IMG/VR virus record: IMGVR_UViG_3300027082_000001
Span: 1-64,000 of that record
Direction: 5' to 3' (one strand)
DNA length: 64,000 nt
Origin: a virus
The position numbers were made by a program, and so were the translations under genes. Each line of letters opens with the position of its first letter. Position 1 is the stretch's first letter. Below, piece after piece: positions 47,423-57,613 of the stretch. The notes under the pieces were generated by a model. That model had not been told where the DNA came from. It searched no databases and worked only from the letters and a program-made list of their open reading frames with translations.

Positions 47423-49036
47423 TCATACCACATAGGCGTCAATGCCAACTTCTTCATCCATTTCGGCCTCTGTACCCCAAATAGGGTCAGTAGTCGATAC
47501 TTCTTCCGGTGTTTGCTCTTCTTCCGGGTTTGGTTTCCATGGGTTCATAACAGACAGCATTGAGATTGTATCTAGGCAGTCATCCTTGCCCATAATACCG
47601 TCCCGAGTTGCAAGACTGATCTGTTCCATGAATAGACCAAGCGTTTTCGTCTCTTTCAGTTCCAACGCAAAATGGATCTTTCCAGCTTTGAAAAATGGAA
47701 CCACAAGATTGAACCGCGACAGTTTGTCTGTCATCGGACGAATTCCGGGTTTGTTGGTTTTTGGATCATGGGTCAAATTGAAGTAGACACCCCGACGATC
47801 CATCTCGGCCATGATCCATGGAATGAAACCACCCTGCTGACCAGTGACTTCGATACCGACACCTTGAGGTTCATACTCCTGTGCAAAATTGAACAGATCG
47901 TTGATAGTTTTGCCCATCTGTTGACGTTCGCACAGACCATCCACCCATGTCCAATGACCGTCTTTGTCATAGGCCCAGACCGAAATTACAGTGTAATCAG
48001 CGGTTTGTTTGGACGACGTAGCAAAGTCAGTGGTGATGTAGAAGTTGTAATCCTTTTTGCGCTGAAGGATTTGCTGTCGAGACTTCCAACCAATTTCTGC
48101 TTCCTGAACCAAACGAGATTCATCAGAGGTAATCCGAAGCATAAGCTCCTGACGGAACGACTTTTCTTTGCCTTCTTGTACAGCCGACTCATACATATCC
48201 TTGACGTATTCAAAGGTGAATCGGTCTTCCCAAGCGCCCGAGAACTCTGCTTCAGTACAAGGAAATTCTTTACAAATAGGCCAGACGTTCACTTCCCATG
48301 CACCAGACTCAATTGCCTGATACACGATGTCGTCTTTGTTGAATGGAGTTCCGTTGAGGATCATCTTGTGACGGGTGGGGTCCAGAGCATACTGCACACC
48401 CGAGTAGACCGTATCATTTATTGCTTCCATCGCAGTGGGAGACTTAGAGTCAGCATCTGAGATCAAGTCATCCATAACTGCAAGCACAGGACGACGGTTG
48501 AAAATCTTTGTACCTCGGATACCAGACTTGGCACCAAACATCTTTACACCAAAACGACCACCGCTTTTATTGAAGAATTCCATATACTTCTCAGTGAAAC
48601 GAACATTTTCTTCTGGCAACCAATACTGAAGAAACTCCGAAGAAAAGTATCGTGACTTCACTGATTCACGCATCGACTGAACACCGTTATCCATCGAATC
48701 TGAAATATACAACATTCCCGAGACTGATCCAAAACCGGGAATGTGATTGAACATTGCCAAATACAGAATCAGATATTCAGCCATCAATGTGGTCTTTGCC
48801 GTACCACGAGCACAGAGATTCGTGATCTTCTTTTTCTTGGTGGGTAGTTTATCAAGCATAGCTAAGTGCATTGTAGGGGTCTTGTTGTCTTCACCACGAC
48901 CATCATTGCACAGTTTAATGAAGTTCATGAATTCGAGACTGAACTTTGAAGGAATGTAACCCCCGTTGTTCAGCCAATCGAAATCCACTTCATTCAGATA
49001 ATCATCTACCGTCTTATTTCCGAAAAACTTACTCAT
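47423..49036 (-). CDS. terL: Terminase large subunit (N4 gp68)
   Basis: ARGTAKTT Walker A, VMDD Walker B, GTPF, TTDFATS and DDCLD nuclease motifs. Confidence 0.95.
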   Translation of the reverse strand: MSKFFGNKTVDDYLNEVDFDWLNNGGYIPSKFSLEFMNFIKLCNDGRGEDNKTPTMHLAMLDKLPTKKKKITNLCARGTAKTTLMAEYLILYLAMFNHIPGFGSVSGMLYISDSMDNGVQSMRESVKSRYFSSEFLQYWLPEENVRFTEKYMEFFNKSGGRFGVKMFGAKSGIRGTKIFNRRPVLAVMDDLISDADSKSPTAMEAINDTVYSGVQYALDPTRHKMILNGTPFNKDDIVYQAIESGAWEVNVWPICKEFPCTEAEFSGAWEDRFTFEYVKDMYESAVQEGKEKSFRQELMLRITSDESRLVQEAEIGWKSRQQILQRKKDYNFYITTDFATSSKQTADYTVISVWAYDKDGHWTWVDGLCERQQMGKTINDLFNFAQEYEPQGVGIEVTGQQGGFIPWIMAEMDRRGVYFNLTHDPKTNKPGIRPMTDKLSRFNLVVPFFKAGKIHFALELKETKTLGLFMEQISLATRDGIMGKDDCLDTISMLSVMNPWKPNPEEEQTPEEVSTTDPIWGTEAEMDEEVGIDAYVV

Positions 49037-49733
49037 CCACAGTCTCCGCTTCCGGAATGTTTAAGGGCATTCCTGCAACATCTTCCACGGACATGGCTTT
49101 TCCTTCGATGGTTTTCATCTGCATCTCAGCCATTTCACTCAGACGTTGTTCCAGAGCTTTCATACCATCGTTCAGACCAATCTCGACTTTCAGTTCAGCT
49201 TTGTTGGATTCAGGCTTTTTCAGATGAGTTAGAATCGAGTTTGCAGCTTCCACACGCACTTTATCACTCACGCTCACGTCGTTCATGATCTCATACTGGG
49301 TGTTCAGCGCAGATTGGAACATATCCTGATTCAGAACCCATGTTGGAATCATGGCTCGTTCATAAACCATGTTGACCAGCTTGCCTTTGTTGTACGCGGA
49401 AACATAACTGGCAATGTCTTTGGGCTGCCGTCCGTTGGCTACCATTTGTTGATGTCGATCTGGAAATGTTGCCTTGTAGGCTTCGAGATTCGATTTCCCC
49501 ATAACCTTGTGAGACACGTACATGACTGCACGCACATAATCTCCCAGTTTGAAACGACCTTCAGACAAAACTTGACTGAATGAGATAAAATTCTCTCTAA
49601 TGTACCGAGCTTCTTCTGGATCTTTAGATAGAGCATTTAGTTGGTTGACCATATCCTGCGTAATATGACCTTTTTGGCCAGCGGGCAGGCTGTCTTGAAC
49701 TTCTTTTAATGTCAGCATTGTTTTCAGCTCCAT
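49029..49733 (-). CDS. N4 gp69-like protein (putative terminase small subunit)
   Basis: Directly upstream of terL; AYNKGKLVN, VRVEAANSILTHLK. Confidence 0.8.
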   Translation of the reverse strand: MELKTMLTLKEVQDSLPAGQKGHITQDMVNQLNALSKDPEEARYIRENFISFSQVLSEGRFKLGDYVRAVMYVSHKVMGKSNLEAYKATFPDRHQQMVANGRQPKDIASYVSAYNKGKLVNMVYERAMIPTWVLNQDMFQSALNTQYEIMNDVSVSDKVRVEAANSILTHLKKPESNKAELKVEIGLNDGMKALEQRLSEMAEMQMKTIEGKAMSVEDVAGMPLNIPEAETVDE

Positions 49734-49840
49734 AACCTTAGAATAAGAGTTTTTCTAACACTCCTATAACCTAAACAAAGACTAAAAAACAAATACTGCT
49801 TACAGGTCGAGCGAAACAGTCTTCATGGCTGGTGCGCCTG

Positions 49841-50353
49841 TTACTTTGACAGAGTGCCGCTCCACGACAAAATCTCATCCATCACAGCCAGCAGACACGC
49901 AAACGTGTCACGGGCCTGTTGGGTGTGCTGGATCTTGCCCCTCACCGATTTCACCCACGCCTGCGCCTCATCGGGATTTCGGTAGCAGATATGACCACAG
50001 GGCAATCCGCGCTTGACCAGCGTTGGGGCCAACACTCGCCCACCGCTGCGATGTGCTCCGTGCAGAACGTAGGCAGATCCCGTGATATCCTGATCTTTGA
50101 GAGTTTCCGCAAACCGAACAGCCGACTCGCTCGTTTCAGCCAAGGGCAGAACAGACAGGTCGGCTTGCAGCAACACCTCCCGATTCATATGATCTGGAAG
50201 ACCGAGATCAATCACTGCGTGCAGGGTTTGAAAGGCGGTCAGCCAATATGCCCACTCCGCGCGGGTGACGTTTCCGGCAAACATCCGTTGTCCGACCGGG
50301 TGTGCCTCACAGGCATGATGTAGATCGCGGGTAGCTTCATAAAGTGTCTTCAT
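49841..50353 (-). CDS. Heme oxygenase-like protein
   Basis: ATRDLHHACE proximal-His helix and AYVLHGAHRSGG distal-helix motif; 170 aa. Confidence 0.75.
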   Translation of the reverse strand: MKTLYEATRDLHHACEAHPVGQRMFAGNVTRAEWAYWLTAFQTLHAVIDLGLPDHMNREVLLQADLSVLPLAETSESAVRFAETLKDQDITGSAYVLHGAHRSGGRVLAPTLVKRGLPCGHICYRNPDEAQAWVKSVRGKIQHTQQARDTFACLLAVMDEILSWSGTLSK

Positions 50354-50634
50354 ATCTTTTCCAGTCTGTTGTTGTGTTCCAAGGTTTTCAAAGCATCGGA
50401 AACTTCAACGGTCCATGCGTTCGCGCAGTGATCCTCTTCCCACCAGAGTGGTAGGTGTCGAAAAAAGGAGTCGATCCGACGTTCAGCCACCGGCCATTCC
50501 AGATGTGCTCTTGCGCTGACGCTCTGTCGGGTCGAGCCACCGAGAAAGGCGGCGTTGGCAAACCGTGACGCCACCTGCCCCAGCGCCTCGAAGACCCGCA
50601 GAACGATGTAGACGGGACGCGGCAGACGCATCAC
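50350..50634 (-). CDS. Hypothetical protein
   Basis: ATGA overlaps on both sides; N..LGG...SVSAR...ID..F....DHC pattern seen in tail-associated phage proteins. Confidence 0.65.
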   Translation of the reverse strand: MMRLPRPVYIVLRVFEALGQVASRFANAAFLGGSTRQSVSARAHLEWPVAERRIDSFFRHLPLWWEEDHCANAWTVEVSDALKTLEHNNRLEKI

Positions 50635-51173
50635 CCCATCACCTCGATATAGGCTGCGTCAAAAGCCGCTTCGACGTTAACAGTTGGGTCAGCCGTTAGC
50701 ATGGCCGCAACAGCTTCCTCAGCCTCGAAACACGCTCTGACGTGACCTGCGATAGCACCGGCCACCTGCATCAGTTGCTCGGAAGACAGTTCCACCCAGC
50801 CGCTCTCGGCCTTCCAGCGCACCGGTAGTTCGATTAAACCAAGGTTGGCGCTCAATACCGTGGCTGTGATCTGAGATTGCGACTCCCGTGAGGTCAGAAG
50901 GGAAAGGCCGTTTGGAAGAATTAGCCCCCCAACCTCCCGCTGCCAACGGACCCACGCCAAACGGGCAAACGGCTCTGTCGGAGCGGCGGTCTTTTGTGCT
51001 GCCTCGGGGTTGGCTTTGATCTCGCGCAGCCGGGACTGAAAGTTGCTTTCGACCGAGAAGGTTTCAAAGAACTTTGCACCCGTGGAAAGGGTGGCCCCGG
51101 CAGACAGAAAACCACTGCCCACCGTTTCACCATGCGCGATCCACCACGTTGGTTCAGTTGCCGTGTAATTCAT
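50631..51173 (-). CDS. DUF4376-like tail fibre-associated protein
   Basis: RWQREVGG, TSRESQ, WKAESGWVEL, HVRACFEAE. Confidence 0.75.
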   Translation of the reverse strand: MNYTATEPTWWIAHGETVGSGFLSAGATLSTGAKFFETFSVESNFQSRLREIKANPEAAQKTAAPTEPFARLAWVRWQREVGGLILPNGLSLLTSRESQSQITATVLSANLGLIELPVRWKAESGWVELSSEQLMQVAGAIAGHVRACFEAEEAVAAMLTADPTVNVEAAFDAAYIEVMG

Positions 51174-53776
51174 CAGACCAGCCCTCCATCAGATATGGTC
51201 CAGCCCGCACCACCGGGAGTGCTCCCCGTCAGATAGGTGCGACCTTCAACAGCGTCTTCGTAAGTTTCGCCAACAAAATAATCGGTGGCATCATATGTGC
51301 GGAAACTGAAATCCGCCGAAAGCCCGAACGGTCCGCTATTCAATGTTATGTTATTCGCCCAGCCAGCCAGCAACTTGGAATAATTCTCGGTAGAGAAGCC
51401 GTGGGTTGTTTCACTACCGCCACCCATGAACCCTTCCAAATTAACTCCAGCAGGGTTTAACTGCCAACTGGAAATGTCTTGGTTAAAAGGAATCACATTG
51501 GGTCGATTAGTGCCGTCAATACACCCGAACATGTAACTCATATCCACGACATTTGAAACGTCCCAACCGGCAAGAGGCTGATTGAAACTTGATTTTCGCT
51601 CACTAGCACTCGCTTTAGTTTTTGAAAACATGCCTTTCATTGTTACGACACTCGACACATCCCAACTCTCGATAGGTTGATTGAACGCATAGGCAATGTT
51701 GGTCCCTTGAAACATGTAACTCATATTCGTTACGTTCGATGTGTTCCAGTTCCCGATGGGCTGGTTGAAGACGTTTGCACCTAGAAACAAATCAGCCATA
51801 TTAGTGACGCCGGATGTGTCCCATGTCGTGATGGAAGGATGGTTGAACGCGAAAGCATATTTGAACATCCCACTTATATTTGCTGGCAACACCCATCCGC
51901 TGACATCGTTGTTAAATTGCGAAACAGAAAACATGCGATCAACATTTGTAGCCGATGACAGGTTCCAGTCAGTTAAGGGCTGGTTGAAAGATGTGTTAGC
52001 AAACATCCAGTCAAAACTTGTGACATTGGACACGTCCCATCCGGCTATGGGCTGATTAAACTCATTTGCTGCTTTGAACATGCCTTCCATCGTGACCGCG
52101 CTTGAAACATCCCAGCCGGATATATCCTCGTTCCAGTAGCGCCCCCGGTTGCTGTCGCTGTCTCCAAACATGTACGAGAAGTCAGTGACCTTAGAGACGT
52201 TCCAGCCGGTCACACCATACTGAAAAAGACCGCCGCCGTTATAGGTGTCTCCGTCGATAGCAGCACTGTCGCTATTGGTGCCAAACATGTGGGACATGGT
52301 TGTGGCACTGCTGGTGTCCCACGCGCTCAGATCCTGATTGAATACCGGGTTGCGGATAAACATGCCGCTGAAGGTCGTGACGTTCGACACATCCCAGACG
52401 CCTATGGATGGGTGGTTGAACTTGGTCCGGTCCACATAGCCATAGAACATCTCGCGCATATTTGTCGCGCTGCCCGTGTTCCATTCCAGCGGGCCGTTGT
52501 AGTCCGAGTAAAAGAACATACGCTCGAAGGTCTGGACATTCGACATGTCGAGTGCAGAGACGTTGAAGCCGGGGTTGGCCTCCCAAAACATGCCGGTGCA
52601 ATCCGTCACCTGCGGTGGCAAAGCCGGGTTCACATAAGTCGTATTACTGGTGCAGTTGCGGAACATTTCGCGCAGTGAAGTCAGCCCCAGTTTGAAGCCG
52701 ATGTTGTCCACCCGCACCAAACCCTGAAGGTTCGCATTGCCACCATATTGTTCAAGCTGCCCACTAATCGTGACCACGCGCAAGCTGTCGTCGCCTTCTG
52801 CGTAGGTGTGGCTGACGTTGCCGCTAGACTGAACAGTTTGCGTGGACCCGTCACCCCATGCGATCAGCACATCAACGATGCCGCCGTAGATACCCAGCGG
52901 AAGAGTAATCGTCCGATTCTGCGCCTTTACAGGATCATAGACCATGATCATGGACGCAGCACCGTTCAAGATCGTGCGAACAGATGACCAATCGGTGTAA
53001 GTGATCGCACCTGCCCCACCTACACGCCCGCCGTAGCGACCGCGCCAAAGGTAAGCGTTACCATCAACCAACGTATCAGGTAGAAAAACAGACGCACCAA
53101 CAACCGATGTGACCGTTTCCAACGGCGGATCGACTTCGGGATCAGACCCTTCATCCCAAAGTTCGATCTGGGTTTCGACATAGGACAGCCCAAAAGCGGA
53201 ATTGAACGCGGTAAGTTCAACGGCACCACTGGTAGCACCCTCGGCAGTCACGGCGCTAGGATCGTCAATCAGATCAGGGTAAACCTGACGGAACGGCAAG
53301 GAAAACTCCGACTGCCCACCCTCGGTGCCAGTGTATAAACCACGCCACCAAAACTCTTGGCCGGGGGTTAGGCCGTCTCCGGGGTAGATCGTCTCATATT
53401 CACTGGCCGTGGTACTGGTTATATCGCGCGTCAATATAGGATTGTCGAACCCGTCCTGAGAAGCCGCCACTTCAAAATACACCCCGGTTTGTGTCAAACC
53501 GCGTGGGCTGAAAAACTGCGTCAAACGCAGCTTCTTTGCTTCTTCGCTATTTGTAGGGGGCAGCGCACTCGGTCTCCCGATGTCCACGACTCCCGTGGGG
53601 ATTCGCCATTGAACACCATCCGAGTAGTAAAACTGGCCATCAGAGCCGTAGATCGCCGCGCCCTCATAAAGCGTGGCATCGAGAGATTCTTCTACGGGCG
53701 ACTGGACGGGCCTACCGCGACCAAGAAATTGCGGCTGTCCAAGAAAACGAAGGCCGGTATTCAGAAATCTGCTCAT
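51173..53776 (-). CDS. DUF285/BspA-type repeat protein with N-terminal Ig/PKD-like domains; putative receptor-binding protein
   Basis: WGDGS..SHTY PKD-like motif; more than ten repeats of FNQ(P/D)xxxW(D/N)(V/T)SxVTxMxxMF. Confidence 0.85.
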   Translation of the reverse strand: MSRFLNTGLRFLGQPQFLGRGRPVQSPVEESLDATLYEGAAIYGSDGQFYYSDGVQWRIPTGVVDIGRPSALPPTNSEEAKKLRLTQFFSPRGLTQTGVYFEVAASQDGFDNPILTRDITSTTASEYETIYPGDGLTPGQEFWWRGLYTGTEGGQSEFSLPFRQVYPDLIDDPSAVTAEGATSGAVELTAFNSAFGLSYVETQIELWDEGSDPEVDPPLETVTSVVGASVFLPDTLVDGNAYLWRGRYGGRVGGAGAITYTDWSSVRTILNGAASMIMVYDPVKAQNRTITLPLGIYGGIVDVLIAWGDGSTQTVQSSGNVSHTYAEGDDSLRVVTISGQLEQYGGNANLQGLVRVDNIGFKLGLTSLREMFRNCTSNTTYVNPALPPQVTDCTGMFWEANPGFNVSALDMSNVQTFERMFFYSDYNGPLEWNTGSATNMREMFYGYVDRTKFNHPSIGVWDVSNVTTFSGMFIRNPVFNQDLSAWDTSSATTMSHMFGTNSDSAAIDGDTYNGGGLFQYGVTGWNVSKVTDFSYMFGDSDSNRGRYWNEDISGWDVSSAVTMEGMFKAANEFNQPIAGWDVSNVTSFDWMFANTSFNQPLTDWNLSSATNVDRMFSVSQFNNDVSGWVLPANISGMFKYAFAFNHPSITTWDTSGVTNMADLFLGANVFNQPIGNWNTSNVTNMSYMFQGTNIAYAFNQPIESWDVSSVVTMKGMFSKTKASASERKSSFNQPLAGWDVSNVVDMSYMFGCIDGTNRPNVIPFNQDISSWQLNPAGVNLEGFMGGGSETTHGFSTENYSKLLAGWANNITLNSGPFGLSADFSFRTYDATDYFVGETYEDAVEGRTYLTGSTPGGAGWTISDGGLV

Positions 53777-54243
53777 TATGATGCCTCCGGCTCGTGTTGT
53801 TCTGCGGCCCCTTCGGAGCCTGTGCTGGTGACGCTCACTACGCCCGCTGTGGAGGCTTTGACCTGAAGCCGATCTCCGTTGGTGGAGTCTTTGTCCAGCT
53901 TCAAAAGACGTTGTCCCGGCGAAGGATGCAAGTAGGTTTCTAGTGTCGTGATCTGGATGACAGCCTGAACGACACGGGTTCCGTCTTCCTGCAAGATGCT
54001 GATTTCCACTGTCACCGTGTCGAGACTGCGGTTGTGAAACATAATTGGAGCTTCAACTAGAGCAAAACCCGGTTGAACGCGGCGCTCATTGTCCGCTGGA
54101 TCACGATCAGTAGGCCACCGTAGCTGCGGGTCCGGCACTGAAAAATCCGGCGCTTCCAAGATTGTCTCCCATACCGTTCCGATGGATTCGATTGCGATGG
54201 ACTTCGGGACTGCTGCCCCAGCTTGACGAACAGTGTATCTCAT
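53776..54243 (-). CDS. Tail fibre accessory / structural protein
   Basis: Translationally coupled between two tail genes; GDRLQVKAS motif. Confidence 0.6.
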   Translation of the reverse strand: MRYTVRQAGAAVPKSIAIESIGTVWETILEAPDFSVPDPQLRWPTDRDPADNERRVQPGFALVEAPIMFHNRSLDTVTVEISILQEDGTRVVQAVIQITTLETYLHPSPGQRLLKLDKDSTNGDRLQVKASTAGVVSVTSTGSEGAAEQHEPEAS

Positions 54244-57134
54244 GTCTGGCCTCCAGTAATCATGGCAGCGCGACGGGCACGCGGCAGAATGGTGCGGTCA
54301 ATCGGGGGGCCTTCAAGCTGCCCTGTTAGCGGGTTCACCAGCGCGCCACCTGTGAAGTATTGCTTGCCGTTCTCATCAACGCCAGAGTAAACCACACGAC
54401 CCAAGTTTTTTTCGACGATGCTCTGTGGAACTTCTTGAGAGGGGCGCGAAAAGGCTCGTCCGTTAACTCCACTCAAGGTCTGGTTCCACTGGTGATTCTG
54501 GGCGCTCACGACGCTGGGGATGCGCTTGGTGGGAATTGTGGAAGCATTGGTGGTCCCAATCAGAACATCGTCGATCAAAGTTGTCACCATCGCTTGCGCC
54601 CCAGCCGAAACCAGAGCGTTGATCTCGTCCCTGATCTTCTCCCAAGCCATCGTGAACCACGACAAGTCTCCCGAACTCCAAACGGGAACAGCGTTCCAGT
54701 TGAACATACCTTGGGTGAATAGCTTTACCGAGTTTTGTTGCCCGGCCTCCAGATCGTAGCGCAGCGACAAGAGCAAAAAGGTAGCATCTTTGCGTGTATG
54801 CGCCTCAAGAGACGCCGCTGATTCCGTGGAAAGCCCGTTCGTGTATCCTTCCGCGACAAGGTGACTCCACATGGCGTCCTGAATCGCGGTTTCATTGCTC
54901 TCGATAGCAGAAGCCGCCGTTGGGTAGGCGCTGATCGCCGCCGTGTTGGCGTCGTAGGATTCGACTTGATTGCGATAACCCTCTGACCACAAAGACCAGT
55001 CCCCAGCTTGAGAGGCGCAGCCCGAGGCAATGATAAGACCACCGTTCAAGGCCATATACTGCTTATGGGACCACAAGGCGATGGCATTAATGGCGTTAAT
55101 GAAAGCGCCGTTCTTGGCGCAGTAACCAATACCGTTGGGGTTGCTGGGCGTGGCTCCCCACGCCATGATCTGCGGGAATACCGAGTAGGGGCTGACCACA
55201 TCGCGGTCGGCAAGAATGACTCCACCACCGCGCCCGACCATCGGGTTCTGATTGGCTCGGTCAAGCGGTGGTGGGATCAGCACCGGATTCCCCGTGCGAT
55301 ACATCACGATGTTATGGGCGTAAACCGTGCGGTTGATGACGGCTCCGGGACGAAAGGATATGGCGAAACCTTCGGTGGGATTATCGAGGTCATCGACGCG
55401 CCAGCCACCTTCGAAGCTGAAGCCCTGCACATAACCACCATTACCCATGCGGAACACATTACGCTCCTCATAACCCGGCGCGGGGATGATTTTGGTGGAG
55501 CGCGCCGCAGTGGCAGAAATGACGCCCGTGCAATTATCGGGAAAATCAATATGCCCCTGTGTCTGGTAGGTTCCCGGCCACACTTGGATCGACCACAGCG
55601 TTGTATCGTCGGCTGCGGCAATGTCTCTGGCTTGCTCGATACTTCGTACTGCGTTTCGTAAGCTTCGGCCATTATTTGAATCATCGCCTCCCTCGGAAAC
55701 AAAAATTGTCCGAGCTACAGGTTCTCCCGGAATCCATTCCGACGGCCATTCAAACTCAGGTTCCGAGGTATAGACGCCTTCAGCTCTGACTTTAACCGTT
55801 TCTTTGCTCCATTGAGGAACTGTTCGCAGCATAAGTAAATCTACAGCAGTCGAATGATCTACACCAAAAAACTCAACTTCAACAGTCGCGTATTTTGCAC
55901 CAGTAGGTGGAATAATCTTATCCGCAATTGAAGCATTCCAAGAAATGATTTTGATGACTGTTTTATAGCCATCAGCAACAGTTAGACTGCTATCATTTAC
56001 AATTTGTTCTGCACCAATCCATGTTTTGGATTGATCAAAATAACGAATTCGAACTTGCACTGCATCGTTTGCTGGATCGAGAGATTCAACAGTACGGTAG
56101 TATCCAACTTTCAGTTCAAGCGATGAACCTTCTTCAATTGCTACAAGTTCTAAAGGTTTCACAATTGTTGCAGTAGATGTTACCGCAGCAGTTCCATGTG
56201 GAGTAACTTGAACAGTTGCTTCACCAAGATCAAATACACCCGGAACATCACCCGGACGAAATCGCATTTCCGCGCGTTTATAGTATGTTTCGTTTGTGAC
56301 ACCTGCATCTACAACATTATCTTCAAGCGCAACAATTCTTTGTTGCCAATCTGCTTCAAGATTATTCACTAATGCAGCTTCTCGGATCAGATTGCTCGAA
56401 GCATCTCGTGCAATTTCTGCATCTGTTTTGGCTGCAATAACTTCTGTTTTTGTTGCAACAACAATATCTTTATCTGTTTCCACTTGAGAAGCTAGGGACG
56501 TAACAGTATTTTTATCAGTTGCAGCTTGGGATGCAGAAGCATTCGCCAGTTTTTGACTATTCAAACTTTGTTCTGAATAATTTTTCGACGTTTCAGAATA
56601 AGTTTTTGCTGAATCCTTATAGGATTTACTATTTTGTTCTGCTTGTTGAGATTGCTCAACAGCAGTATCCAAAGCACCCAGATCAACTCGATTTGCTGCT
56701 TCTTCAGCATTAGCTGCATTTGTTTCGGCAGAAGAAACCAAACCCAGCATAGTTGCATATAGATCAAAAGATCCCGGACTATACTCAGACGTGATATTCA
56801 AATCTGCAATACAAAATGGTCCTGAACCAGTAAGAGAAACTGTACCAAGAAATTTTTTAATCCTCGGATCATACAATCTATGTTTCGAGTTTTGATCAAT
56901 GTACGAAACATAAATCTCGTACACGGTCTGATTAATGCCGTTTGTGTTGGTAAACAAAGTTACTTCAAAATTACCTTGTGCATCCACATCTGCAACATAA
57001 GGACCAGCGACAAAAACATCATCATTTGGATTGGCATCCCAAGATGTCAGATCAAATATGATTTTAGCATCTTCAAGAGCAACAAGTCCGGGAGAATACA
57101 AAGGACCATGAACAACTGTCGATTGAATTGGCAT
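54240..57134 (-). CDS. Tail fibre/spike protein with pectin-lyase-like domain
   Basis: N-terminal anchor and coiled coil, then IFVSEGGDDSNNGRS..RSIEQA..VWPGTY beta-helix cap. Confidence 0.75.
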   Translation of the reverse strand: MPIQSTVVHGPLYSPGLVALEDAKIIFDLTSWDANPNDDVFVAGPYVADVDAQGNFEVTLFTNTNGINQTVYEIYVSYIDQNSKHRLYDPRIKKFLGTVSLTGSGPFCIADLNITSEYSPGSFDLYATMLGLVSSAETNAANAEEAANRVDLGALDTAVEQSQQAEQNSKSYKDSAKTYSETSKNYSEQSLNSQKLANASASQAATDKNTVTSLASQVETDKDIVVATKTEVIAAKTDAEIARDASSNLIREAALVNNLEADWQQRIVALEDNVVDAGVTNETYYKRAEMRFRPGDVPGVFDLGEATVQVTPHGTAAVTSTATIVKPLELVAIEEGSSLELKVGYYRTVESLDPANDAVQVRIRYFDQSKTWIGAEQIVNDSSLTVADGYKTVIKIISWNASIADKIIPPTGAKYATVEVEFFGVDHSTAVDLLMLRTVPQWSKETVKVRAEGVYTSEPEFEWPSEWIPGEPVARTIFVSEGGDDSNNGRSLRNAVRSIEQARDIAAADDTTLWSIQVWPGTYQTQGHIDFPDNCTGVISATAARSTKIIPAPGYEERNVFRMGNGGYVQGFSFEGGWRVDDLDNPTEGFAISFRPGAVINRTVYAHNIVMYRTGNPVLIPPPLDRANQNPMVGRGGGVILADRDVVSPYSVFPQIMAWGATPSNPNGIGYCAKNGAFINAINAIALWSHKQYMALNGGLIIASGCASQAGDWSLWSEGYRNQVESYDANTAAISAYPTAASAIESNETAIQDAMWSHLVAEGYTNGLSTESAASLEAHTRKDATFLLLSLRYDLEAGQQNSVKLFTQGMFNWNAVPVWSSGDLSWFTMAWEKIRDEINALVSAGAQAMVTTLIDDVLIGTTNASTIPTKRIPSVVSAQNHQWNQTLSGVNGRAFSRPSQEVPQSIVEKNLGRVVYSGVDENGKQYFTGGALVNPLTGQLEGPPIDRTILPRARRAAMITGGQT

Positions 57135-57175
57135 GATTTTAGACCTTTTTGTAGAGTCACTTTGGCGCTTTGGTC

Positions 57176-57204
57176 TCTGTAGGTTACCAGTCTGATACTG
57201 TCAA
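57176..57204 (-). promoter_or_regulatory. Sigma70-type late promoter for the tail/packaging operon
   Basis: TTGACA-17 bp-TACAGA on the minus strand, about 40 bp upstream of ATG 57134. Confidence 0.6.
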
Positions 57205-57274
57205 CTGACTTTTCTTTTGTGATATCTCATAGGTCATGAGTCTGACGACACAATATCAACAAAAAGGAAAACCC

Positions 57275-57613
57275 ATGCCTGACTTCAAAGTTTACATTGC
57301 CGGTCCCATGAGTGGGATCAAAGACCACAACAAATCTGCATTTCTCAAGGCTGAAGAAGATATCGTGGCTATGCTCGAAGGGGAAACCAAGGAAGTCTTC
57401 AACCCGATCTCCCACGAGGCTTCTCTCATGGTTCAGACGGGTCAAGTCCGGGATACACAGGAAGCCTACCGTATGTGTATGGCCATCGACTGTGAGTATA
57501 TCTGCAAGCACGCCACGCACATCTATATGCTCAAAGGCTGGGAATACTCCAAGGGTGCCATGGCAGAATGGACGCTGGCCAAGTGTCTGAGGCTGGAGAT
57601 CTGGTATGAGTAG
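57275..57613 (+). CDS. DUF4406 / nucleoside 2-deoxyribosyltransferase-like protein
   Basis: VYIAGPMSG, FNP, IYMLKGWEYSKGAMAE; AAGGA RBS before ATG 57275. Confidence 0.82.
   Translation: MPDFKVYIAGPMSGIKDHNKSAFLKAEEDIVAMLEGETKEVFNPISHEASLMVQTGQVRDTQEAYRMCMAIDCEYICKHATHIYMLKGWEYSKGAMAEWTLAKCLRLEIWYE

Noticed and set aside
51400-52630. CRISPR array or DGR template/variable repeats
   Set aside because: The repeats are degenerate protein-level repeats. No identical DNA repeat-spacer pattern, reverse transcriptase or adenine-specific repeat pair was seen.
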